A DNA stretch of 64,000 bases, from NCBI GenBank assembly GCA_963749155.1, contig CAVVLO010000003.1, forward strand, positions 515,352-579,351, read 5' to 3'. Below are positions 21,382 to 30,481 of this stretch, one piece after another. The stretch is from an uncultured Armatimonadia bacterium. Lineage in GTDB: Bacteria; Armatimonadota; Zipacnadia; CAVVLO01. Below the pieces are notes generated by a model that searched no databases, was not told the DNA's origin, and was given only the letters and a program-made list of their open reading frames with translations. A program made the translations under genes and the position numbers. Position 1 is the first letter of the stretch. Every line of letters begins with the position of its first letter.

Positions 21382-22149
21382 ATGCTCAACCTGTCCCCTT
21401 GCGTGGAGATGTTTTGGCACGACCTGCCCTATGAGGAGCGCGCCCGTAAAGCCGCCCAACTGGGATTCAAAGCTTTTGAGTTCTGGGGTTATGGCAACAA
21501 AGACTTCGAGGCCCTGAAGCGCGTGATGGGCGAGACGGGCATCAAGCTCGCGGCTTGCGGACTGACTGGCCCTGCGACCTCCATCCTGCTGCCGGAGGGC
21601 GTTGCCGGCTTCATCCAGGCTGTGAAGGACTGCATCTCCGTCTCTGAGTCACTCGGGGTGACGACTTTCATCGTGACGACAGGCAACGAACTGGAAGGGG
21701 TCCCGCGGGAGCTTCAGCGCGCGGCCCTGGTCGGTTGCCTCGAAGCGGGCGCGCCCGTGGCCGAGGATGCGGGCCTGACGCTGGTGCTGGAGCCGCTCAA
21801 CCTGCTCGTAGACCACGCCGGCTATTATCTTGCTTCCAGCTACGAGGGGTTCGAGATAATTGGTGAGGTGGGCAGCCCGGCCGTGAAGCTGCTTTATGAC
21901 ATCTACCACCAGCAGATAACGGAAGGGAATCTGGTGCCGCACTTCCTGGCCGAGATCGACAAGGTGGGCCATTTCCACTCGGCCAACCACCCGGGGCGCT
22001 TCGAGCTTTCCAACGGTGAGATCAACTACCCCTATGTGCTCGGGGCAATCAGAGACAGCTCCTATACCGGCTATGTGGGAATGGAATACCGCGTGAGCGA
22101 CCCCGCCCGCGCGGACGAACTTGTCGCCGAGGCGCTGAGCCTGGCGTAA
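21382..22149 (+). CDS. Hydroxypyruvate isomerase / sugar isomerase family TIM barrel (AP_endonuc_2)
   Basis: GFKAFEFW, LVLEPLN, LLYDIYHQQITEG, HFHSANHPGRFE and YVGMEY. Confidence 0.85.
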   Translation: MLNLSPCVEMFWHDLPYEERARKAAQLGFKAFEFWGYGNKDFEALKRVMGETGIKLAACGLTGPATSILLPEGVAGFIQAVKDCISVSESLGVTTFIVTTGNELEGVPRELQRAALVGCLEAGAPVAEDAGLTLVLEPLNLLVDHAGYYLASSYEGFEIIGEVGSPAVKLLYDIYHQQITEGNLVPHFLAEIDKVGHFHSANHPGRFELSNGEINYPYVLGAIRDSSYTGYVGMEYRVSDPARADELVAEALSLA

Positions 22150-22159
22150 GGCAACTAAC

Positions 22160-22665
22160 GGGGTGCAGGGGCAAATTGCCCCTGCGGTTTTCGGCTCTGA
22201 TTCCAGGGCTTGAGGAAAGGCGCGAGGTTGGTGTTTCGGTGGCTTCGTCTCGAAACCGGCCATGGCCTCTCGGCACGTCGTAGGGGCGGGTCTGAGACCC
22301 GCCCTGTCTTTACGTTTGTTTATCAGCAATTGGCTGGTTTCGGCCCTGAAGAGACCGAAACACCAGCCGCGAGAACCTCGCCGATGCTCGATTCACTCGG
22401 TAAAAGTGCGGGGCGCAGGGGTATTACCCCTGCACCCCGTATTGGGAAGAGGTTGGTGTTTCGGTGGCTTCGTCTCGAAACCGGCCATGGCCTCTCGGCA
22501 CTTCGTAGGGGCGGGTCTGAGACCCGCCCTGTCTTTACGTTTGTTTATCAGCAATTGGCTGGTTTCGGCCCTGAAGAGACCGAAACACCAGCCAGGAGAA
22601 CTCGCAGATGCTCGATTCACTCGGTAAAAATGCGGGGTGCAGGGGACGCGCCCTTGCACCCCGTC
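22160..22665. repeat. REP-like mosaic cluster 2, containing a 225-bp tandem duplication
   Basis: Units start at 22224 and 22449. Each holds GTAGGGGCGGGTCTGAGACCCGCCC, two GTTTCGG...CGAAAC hairpins and a GCAGGGG...TGCACCCC hairpin. Confidence 0.9.
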
Positions 22666-22692
22666 TGGGTCAGACTCCACTTATTGTTTAGG

Positions 22693-23121
22693 TTAGTTCC
22701 ACGGCCAGGGCAAGTCGCGGTCGTCATCATCATCGTCGTCCCGGTCGTCCCAGGGCCAGTCGTCATCATCGCTGTCATCGTAGCTGCGAGGCGTATAGTT
22801 TGGCAGTGTGCGAGCCTCGACGAACTTCAGGGTACGGGCATCGAACTGATAAACCGCGCCGCCCCGGATGAGATAGAGATAACGCTCATTGGAAGTTGCG
22901 ATGACGTTGCCGCTGTTCCAGGCAGGCCCGCCATAGGGATTGTTCCCCTTGCCCTGAGTGAGCACCAGGGGCGCCTGGTCGCTTGTCACCGAAGCCAGCA
23001 TCGCCATTCCTTGCAGGTCGGCTTTGGCTGAGTGCGAGGCCTGATACTTGCCTCCATACCAGGCTCCGACAGCCACGAAAAGCAACACTACAGCAAATAT
23101 CAAAAGAGTCTTCTTTTGCAT
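22693..23121 (-). CDS. Small membrane-anchored/secreted protein with Asp/Trp/Pro-rich tail
   Basis: GAGGTGGAG RBS, hydrophobic N-terminus and the C-terminus DDSDDDDWPWDDRDDDDDDDRDLPWPWN. Confidence 0.7.
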   Translation of the reverse strand: MQKKTLLIFAVVLLFVAVGAWYGGKYQASHSAKADLQGMAMLASVTSDQAPLVLTQGKGNNPYGGPAWNSGNVIATSNERYLYLIRGGAVYQFDARTLKFVEARTLPNYTPRSYDDSDDDDWPWDDRDDDDDDDRDLPWPWN

Positions 23122-23249
23122 CTTGCTCCACCTCTTTATGCGGTAACCCCGTTGCCTGGCTTTTACGCAAACACAGGGTCGGCCGCTTGGCTCTGTTGAT
23201 CTAGGATACCCAGTTTGGGGAAGGTAATATCAGGTTGATGATATGCCAG

Positions 23250-23483
23250 TTTCCGGTTTCGGGAGCAGAGACTCCCGAAACACGCGGAGAGTGAGGTCTA
23301 TTCGCTCTTGATGGCGCAGAAGGGTGCAAGGGTGGAACCCTTGCACCATCGAAGGGAGGGGCGCAGCAAGCTCCCGAAACACGCGGAGAGGCAATCCTGG
23401 CTGGTGTTTCGGCGGCTTCAGCCCCGAAACCAGCCAAGGCTCTGTGTGAGGAGGCTGGGCGGGTCTGAGATTCGCTCCCTTAC
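23250..23483. repeat. REP-like mosaic cluster 3
   Basis: CTCCCGAAACACGCGGAGAG twice, GGGTGCAAGGGTGGAACCCTTGCACCATCG, GGCTGGTGTTTCGG...CCGAAACCAGCC, and a degenerate GGGCGGGTCTGAGA element overlapping the sulfatase stop. Confidence 0.85.
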
Positions 23484-25062
23484 CCAAGCTCCGAGGCCGC
23501 GCACCGCTCGAGCAGCGGGTGAGAGAGGCTCTCCATCCAGTCCAGCAACTCCTGGCGCAGTTTTTTCGCCTGAGGCAGATGACGCGCGCGGTCTGGATTT
23601 GTCCCTAGCAGGTTGTTTACCTCATGCGGATCGGCCTCGAGGTCGAAAAGCAGGTCTGGCGCCTTGTCATGGGGGTACCAGACATACTTCCACTCGTGGG
23701 AGGCGATCAGGCTCCAGCGCGCCGGCTCTGCCCAGCCCAGCTCGGAGAAGGTATACTCCGTGCGCCCGTCGCGTCGGCCCTCGATCAGTGGTCGCAGGCT
23801 CTGGCCGTCCATCTCCCCCGCCGCAATCCCCAGATAATCCATCACCGTTGCGGGGATATCCACCGTGTTCACAGGCTGATCTATGACTGTCCCGGCGGGG
23901 ATGACGCCCGGCAGCCGCATTAGCAGCGGCACGCGGACGGATTCCTGATACGGGACGAACTTCTGCGTCAGCCCGTGGTCGCCGAGTTGCTCGCCGTGGT
24001 CCGCGCAGAAGACGACCAGCGTCCTGTCGGCGATGCCAAGGTCATCCAGCGCGCGCAGGATGCGCCCAACCTGGAAATCCACCTCGGCAATCAGCTCGAA
24101 ATACCGCGCGCGGAAGAGCTTCATATTGCGCAGCTCTACCTCGTCGAGTTGCCAGTTGTTTTGAACATAAAGCGTATTGGCCCGGTCGTGGTGCATCGTT
24201 GCAGGCAGGTCCATTGCATCCGGAGAGATACTTCCCGCGAACTGCTCGGGCACGTACCAGGGATGATGCGGCGAGAGGAAGGCCGCTGTAATCGAGAAAG
24301 GCTCTCCCGCAGAGCGCCTGATGGCCTCGACGGCTGTCTCCCCCGTCCAGCCAGTGAAGGTATGGCGAGTCGGCAACGAGTAGACGCCATACTGGCAGTT
24401 GAACTGGGCATGCGGAGTATCCTTGAGTTCCTCCTGGGTCAGGTCCATCGTGTAGGGGCGGCCGGAGATGATACTTTTACCTTCTCCGGAACCAGGCGGA
24501 CGGGCAGGCCCGAGGATATGGTCCAGGTGGCGCTGATAAGGCGCAGCAAACTTTTCGGAGACCTCGTTCGCGTAGCAATCGGTCAGGCTGAGATGACCGT
24601 GCCAGCGCCCGTGATACTCGGTATGGTAGCCCTGACGAGCCAGTTGCTGGTCATAGCTGCCAGCGCGGAAGTCGCAGTCTGCAGCATCGATTTTCGTGTT
24701 TATGGTGCAACCGCTGGTGTGGACCGTCTGACCCGAATGGAAGCAACTGCGGGCGGGGACGCATTCTGGCTGCGGCGTGAAGGCATAGGAGAAGCGCACT
24801 CCCTCGCGCGCGAGGCGGTCAAGGTTCGGCGTGTGGACATAGGGACTGCCCGCGCAGCTCAGCGCGTCGGCGCGCTGCTGGTCGGTGTTGATGAAGAGGA
24901 CGTTCAAGCGGCCCAGCTCCTTCTTTCGACAGACCCTGCTGCCGAAGCGAGCGCATCCGGCAGGATGGTCATCCCGAGGGCAAGCCCTCCAAGCCCCGCC
25001 AGCCCTCGCGTTAGGAGTTCTTTCCGAGTGATGTCACGCCCTGCACCTGTTGCAGCCCTCAT
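23480..25062 (-). CDS. Tat-exported sulfatase (Cys-type), frameshift near 24905-24920
   Basis: RBS AAGGGAGG, leader ITRKELL...GLAGLGGLALG, NVLFINTDQQRAD, CVPAR, ADHGE and LFDLEADPHE. Confidence 0.85.
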
Positions 25063-25138
25063 CGCTGCACCTCCCTTGTTCGGAGAAGACTTCGGCACAG
25101 GATGCGCATCTCCCCCCTCGGCTGCTGTTTTGGGAGAT

Positions 25139-25752
25139 GTATCGGGAACTTGTTCCCGATACATGCGGCTTAGGCTGATCCAGCAGAAAGCTGGGCGGGT
25201 CTCAGACCCGCCCCTGCATAAAGCGAAAGACCAACCCCTCGGCTGGTGTTTCGGGTTCCTGACCGAAGGTCAGGCATCTGCTCACGAAACCAGCCAAGTA
25301 TATCAGATAAAAGCTGGGCGGGTCTCAGACCCGCCCCTACTCTCGATGGTGCAGGGATCTTATCCCTGCACCTCGTTAACTGTTCGACTTGGGTGCAAGG
25401 GTAGAACCCTTGCACCATCGAGGCTAGTTACCGAGCGTACAAGCGAAAAGCGCTGGGGCAGGGGCAAGACCTACCCCCGGCTGGTGTTTCGGGTTCCTGA
25501 CCGAAGGTCAGGCCTCTGCTCACGAAACCAGCCAAGGATCTCTGAAAAAGCTGGGCGGGTCTCAGATCCGCCCCTACTCTCGATGGTGCAGGGATCTGTA
25601 TCCCTGCACCTCGTTAACTGTTCGACTTGGGTGCAAGGGTAGAACCCTTGCACCATCGAGGCTAGTTACCGAGCGTAGAAGCGAAAAGCGCTGGGGCAGG
25701 GGCAAGACTTACTCCCGGCTGGTGTTTCGGCGGCTTCAGAACCAAAATCAGC
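25139..25752. repeat. REP-like mosaic cluster 4 with a 238-bp tandem repeat (two full units plus partial flanks)
   Basis: GGCTGGTGTTTCGG recurs at 25241, 25479 and 25717. Each full unit holds a GGGCGGGTCTCAGA(C/T)CCGCCCCTAC element and an inverted pair CTCGATGGTGCAGGGA...TCCCTGCACC / GGTGCAAGGGTAGAACCCTTGCACCATCGAG. Confidence 0.9.
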
Positions 25753-25890
25753 CTTTGAAAAAATCTTTTGTAAATTCTCAGCAACCAATCCGCCAATTTT
25801 GGCTTTCTGGCACGCTTCTTGTGTAGATATAAGCCCCGGGTGGGAGGGGGTTTGGGATGGGATTTTGAGAGGTTTTCGTCCAGATTTGGC

Positions 25891-25998
25891 AACGCTTTCG
25901 ATACAAGCTGTTAGCGAGATCGCTAGCGGCCCCGAAGATTTCTCATCTGGTGCTAGTCAGAACGCCTTCGATACAAGCTGGTAGCGAGCTGCTAACGG
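25891..25998. repeat. Imperfect ~38-bp direct repeat, 70-bp period
   Basis: AACGCTTTCGATACAAGCTGTTAGCGAG... at 25891 and AACGCCTTCGATACAAGCTGGTAGCGAG... at 25961. Confidence 0.7.
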
Positions 25999-26185
25999 TT
26001 CTACCAGGGGACAAAGAAAAACTCCAGAAGCGATGTAAGCGAAATCCTCGAGTCGTCACTGCAGCTCCGTTTGGCGCCACTTGAGCCACCCCAGGCAGGA
26101 ATCTCCCTCCTTTGCGCCAACAATTCTAGGCTTAAAAAGGCAGAAAGCGGCGCTCCAGAACCGCTCTATAAAGGTGGAGAGGCAG

Positions 26186-28739
26186 ATGAACAGGTTCCTC
26201 AAAACGATAAAGACCCTTTGGATGCTTTCGATGCTTCTGGTTGGGCTTGCAGGATTGACCTGCTATGTGATGGCCGCTGAGCTACTCCCCTATCAGGATC
26301 CCTCCCAGCCTGAGGCCAGGCGCGTAGCTGACCTGCTGGGCAGGATGACGCTTGAGGAGAAGTTCAGCCAGATGGGTCATAGCGCACCAGCTATCGACCG
26401 GCTGGGTATCGCCGCTCACAACTGGTGGAGCGAAGGCCTCCACGGGGTGCTGACGGGCGGTATCACGGTCTTCCCGCAGGCAATCGGGATGGCCAGCACC
26501 TGGAATCCAGAGCTCATCCACGAGGTCGCGACCGCCATCTCGGATGAGGCGCGAGTGAAGCATATGCAGGGCGCTGTCGGCCTGACCTTCTGGAGTCCAG
26601 TCATCAATATCGGGCGAGACCCGCGCTGGGGGCGCACTGAGGAAGGCTACGGCGAGGATGTCTATCTGACTTCGCGGATCGCCGTCGCCTTCGTAAAAGG
26701 CTTCCAGGGAGACGATCCGCGTTATCTCAAGCTGGTCTCCACTCCCAAGCATTTTGCCGCCAATAATGAGGAATACAGGCGCGCTAATGGTTCTTCGACC
26801 GTGGATGAGCGCTCGCTTAGAGAGTATTACTTCCCAGCTTTCAAGACCTGTATTACTGAAGCGGGCGCCCAGTCGGTTATGTCAGCTTACAATGGCCTGA
26901 ATGGCGTCCCTTGCACAGGCAACGAGTGGCTGCTTACCGAGGTGCTGCGCAAGGAATGGGGCTTCGATGGGTATGTGGTGTCGGACTGCGATGCCGTAGG
27001 GCTTATCCGCGATGGCCATCATTATGTGGCCACCCACGCAGAAGCCGCGGCGATGGCCCTTAAGGCAGGCTGCGACCTTAACTGCGGATCGACTTATCAG
27101 ACCTCCCTCCACGAGGCGCTAGCTCAGGGGTTGATAACGGAAGCCGACCTCGATCGCGCGCTTGGGCGTCTGATGGCAGCCCGATTCAGGCTTGGGATGT
27201 TCGATCCGCCCGAACTGGTCCCCTATACGCGTATCTCGCCGGACGTCGTTGGCTCAAAACAGCATGTAGAACTGGCCCGAGAGACGGCGCGACAGTCCAT
27301 CGTGCTGCTTAAGAACGACCCGCTACCTGCTACCGGCAAGCCCTTGCTTCCCCTCGACCCGAAAAAGCTCAAATCGGTGGCGGTGCTCGGGCCTAACGCA
27401 GCGGTATGCCGGTTCGGGGGTTACAGCGGCAGTCCGCTCAATCCCCCTGTCTCCCCACTTGATGGCATCAAGGCCGCCGCTGAGGGCAAGTTCGCTGTGA
27501 ATTACGTCTCCTACTCGCTGGAGGAGGTCATCCCCACCGAGTATCTGCGTCCTGCCGAGGGTGAGGGCCAGGGGCTTACGGGGCATTACTTCGACAACAG
27601 CGAGCTGGCAGGGCAACCGGTGCTTGTCCGCCTCGATGCCAAAGTCGACTTTATGTGGGGCGATGGTTCTCCGGATGCGAAAATCAAAAACGACAACTAT
27701 TCGGCGCGCTGGACTGGCAAGCTGATTGCTCCGCGTTCTGGAGTCTATCGCCTGGGCGCGACGACCGATGATGGCGTGCGCTTGTGGCTCGATGGCAAGC
27801 TTCTTGTCGACCAATGGCACGAGCGCGGCGCCGCCACTGATCTGGCCAGCGTCACCCTCGAGGCCGGCCAGAGTTATGACTTGCGGATGGACTACTACGA
27901 AGCCGGCGGGACAACCGCTGCCAGGCTGGTCTGGGTGATGCCCAATCAGGCCCAGCCCGATGTCAGCCAGGACGATGTAAGCATCGTGGTGCTTGGCCTC
28001 GACAGCAGTATTGAGGCGGAAGGCAACGACCGCGAGACTCTAGGTCTGCCCGAAGACCAGGAGGCCTACATCAAGACTGTAGTCGCCTCCAATCCGCGCA
28101 CGGTCGTGGTACTGGTGGCCGGCAGCCCCGTCGCCATCAACTGGATCAAAGACTCACGTGCCGGCGGTCATCCAGGCCTGGTACCCAGGCGAGCAGGGCG
28201 GCAACGCCATCGCGGACGTGCTGTTTGGGAAATACAATCCCGCCGGCAGACTGCCGATGACCTGCTATCGGTCGCTCTCGCAGCTCCCACCTTTTGATGA
28301 CTACGATGTCACGAAGGGGCGCACGTATATGTACCTCGAGAAGTCGCCCCTCTTCCCCTTCGGCCATGGGCTGAGCTACACCAGTTTTGCCTATTCCAAC
28401 TTGAAAGTAAGCCCGAAGACCACTTCGGCGACCGGCACGGTGAAGGTAAGCCTGGACGTAACCAATGTCGGCGACCGCGACGGCGATGAGGTGGTGCAGC
28501 TCTACACGCACGATGTGGAATCGAGCGTGAAGCAGCCTCTCAAGCAACTCAGGAGCTTCCAGCGCCTCTCCCTGCGGAAGGGCGAGACTCGCCGAGTGAC
28601 CTTCAACCTGGCCGCGGCTGACCTCACCTACTGGGATGTAGATAAGGATGCCTTCGTTGTGGAGCCAGGCGAATTCGACATACTCGTCGGCGCCTCCTCA
28701 AGTGACATCAGGCTGAGGGACAAGATAACGATCAAGTAG
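26186..28739 (+). CDS. Secreted GH3 beta-glucosidase/xylosidase with PA14 insert and C-terminal Fn3-like domain (frameshift ~28155)
   Basis: WWSEGLHG, RDPRWGRTEEGYGED, KHFAANN, YVVSDC, PA14 YSARWTG...TDDGVRLWLDG, and then AWYPGEQGG and PFGHGLSYT in ORF 28158..28739. Confidence 0.92.
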
Positions 28740-28752
28740 GAAGCCCTGATAT

Positions 28753-28987
28753 GGGGGTGCAAGGGTAAAACCCTTGCACCATCGAGGCTAGTTGGCGAGC
28801 GTAGAAGGCGAAAGGCGCAGGGGATGTGGTCAGGATCTCTCGATGGTGCAGGGATTGCATCCCTGCACCTCGTTAGTTGTCCGGCTTGGGTGCAAGGGTA
28901 AAACCCTTGCACCATCGAAGTTTTTTGCCCTCTGGTTTCGAGGACGTGTCACCGTTTGTTTCGGGAGCAAGCTCCCGAAACACGCGA
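28753..28987. repeat. REP-like mosaic cluster 5
   Basis: GGGTGCAAGGGTAAAACCCTTGCACCATCG twice, GATGGTGCAGGGATTGCATCCCTGCACC and GTTTCGGGAGCAAGCTCCCGAAACACGCG. The linkers resemble those of cluster 4. Confidence 0.9.
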
Positions 28988-29000
28988 TGAGTGGAGAGCC

Positions 29001-30257
29001 TTACTCCAGCCCGTAGAACTTCGCGGGGTTGTCGTGGAGCCAGGCCTTGCAGATGAATTTCGCGCCGTCGAGATCGAGCTTGCCACTCGCGATACGCTCC
29101 GCCAGGGCCTCGGCGATAGTCTCCCTCGCCATTACGAGATGGCCGTAGACGTTTTCCACCGCCCAAGTATAGTCACCGCCGAAACCAAACACCTTGTTCA
29201 CGGGCACGGTGTCCAGCAGTTCAGTGATGCTCCGGCGGGTTATCTCCTGGCTGACCGCGTAGCACCAGCCCAAATTGAGGTGGACGTTGGCAAAGCTCTT
29301 GGCGAGGAATATGGCCTCGCGCGCATAGGGCATCCCCAGGTGATAGACATCCATCCTGAGCGCTGGGTAATGCTGAGCCAGCCCGATGACATGCTCCGGA
29401 TGCAGGGGGCGGAAATCACCCCAGACGCCGGTGTGGATGGCCACTGGCCAGTCCCACTCCGAGGCCTTGCGTAGCACCCAGTCGCGCACCGTTGCCGCCA
29501 GGACAGGAGTCGCAGGCTTGCCAGTTTTGACATCCAGGTAGGCGGCGCGAGCGTCGCTGGTATCCGCTGACGGAAGGCACAGTGCGCGCAACTTGAAGCC
29601 AACCGCACCGGCGGCTCGGGCTCGCTGGAGACAGCCTTCGTAGGCTTCCAGGTACTCGTCCAGCGATGCCAGCTCCTTTCCGACTTCCTCTTCGAGTGAG
29701 TGGAGGAAGGTCAGACTGCCGAAGTCCACACTGGCGTCGTGCCTGAAGAGGGGCGTGAGCAGGTCCGGGGGATCCTGCCCCTCTACCTGGCCATTCTGTA
29801 CCAGGGCTGTGCGGAGGTTGCACTTGTCGCGCAGGATCCGGTGATAAAGGCCCTTCGTATTGGCGGCCTGCAACCGCGCGGAGACCTCCTGGTAGTTGGA
29901 GTCACCAAGACCTTCGATGTCGAAGAGGTCGCGCAAGGCGATGGCGCTCGGGCGATAGTAGGTGCCAAAGTGTATCTGCTGCAGCCAGGGCCAGGCGAGC
30001 TTCCAGCGCTCTTCCAGCGGTATGGTCGTATCCAGGAAGAAGTTTCTGTTTCTGCCGCTGGCAAGGCCCTCGGTGGGCATCCCGGCACTCACCGCGTCCA
30101 CGAAAGTGTACTGATAGAAGAGCGTCAGCACATCGACTTGCCTCTCGACCCGGCGATACTCGGGCACAAGATGCTCGTGACAGTCCACACTGGTAAGCCC
30201 GCTCAGCCAGCCGATAAGGTCATCGCGGACTTGCTCATAGCGGGCCGAAAGGTTCAT
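29001..30257 (-). CDS. Amidohydrolase-superfamily protein (uronate-isomerase-like), tandem copy 1
   Basis: MNLSARY start, metal motif DCHEH, HTG, YHLG, FGFGGD and HDNPAKFY. Confidence 0.85.
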   Translation of the reverse strand: MNLSARYEQVRDDLIGWLSGLTSVDCHEHLVPEYRRVERQVDVLTLFYQYTFVDAVSAGMPTEGLASGRNRNFFLDTTIPLEERWKLAWPWLQQIHFGTYYRPSAIALRDLFDIEGLGDSNYQEVSARLQAANTKGLYHRILRDKCNLRTALVQNGQVEGQDPPDLLTPLFRHDASVDFGSLTFLHSLEEEVGKELASLDEYLEAYEGCLQRARAAGAVGFKLRALCLPSADTSDARAAYLDVKTGKPATPVLAATVRDWVLRKASEWDWPVAIHTGVWGDFRPLHPEHVIGLAQHYPALRMDVYHLGMPYAREAIFLAKSFANVHLNLGWCYAVSQEITRRSITELLDTVPVNKVFGFGGDYTWAVENVYGHLVMARETIAEALAERIASGKLDLDGAKFICKAWLHDNPAKFYGLE

Positions 30258-30289
30258 CGGTGAAGGCTCCTTTGCCCAAGGTGAAACGA

Positions 30290-30468
30290 TGCTGCCCCTG
30301 CGCCAGCGGCGCCCTCTCCCCTGGCGTGTATCGGGAGCTTGCTCCCGATACCTCCTCCGGGCTTTAGGATCGTAGTAGGGGCGGGTCTGAGACCCGCCCA
30401 GTTTTTTGCCCTCTGGTTTCGAGGACGTGTCACCGTTTGTTTCGGGAGCAAGCTCCCGAAACACGCGA
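30290..30468. repeat. REP-like mosaic cluster 6 between the amidohydrolase copies
   Basis: GTATCGGGAGCTTGCTCCCGATAC, GTAGGGGCGGGTCTGAGACCCGCCC and GTTTCGGGAGCAAGCTCCCGAAAC. Confidence 0.85.
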
Positions 30469-30481
30469 TGAGTGGAGAGCC

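Noticed and set aside
22210-23031. 273-aa ORF with a 75-aa internal repeat
   Set aside because: Produced by the 225-bp palindrome duplication plus the antisense strand of the small secreted gene.
25063-25164. Longer N-terminus (MYREQVPDT...) for the Tat sulfatase
   Set aside because: That ATG belongs to a family-C palindrome. The ATG at 25062 has a strong AAGGGAGG RBS.
23975-25642. 555-aa plus-strand ORF
   Set aside because: Antisense to the Tat sulfatase and running through repeat cluster 4.
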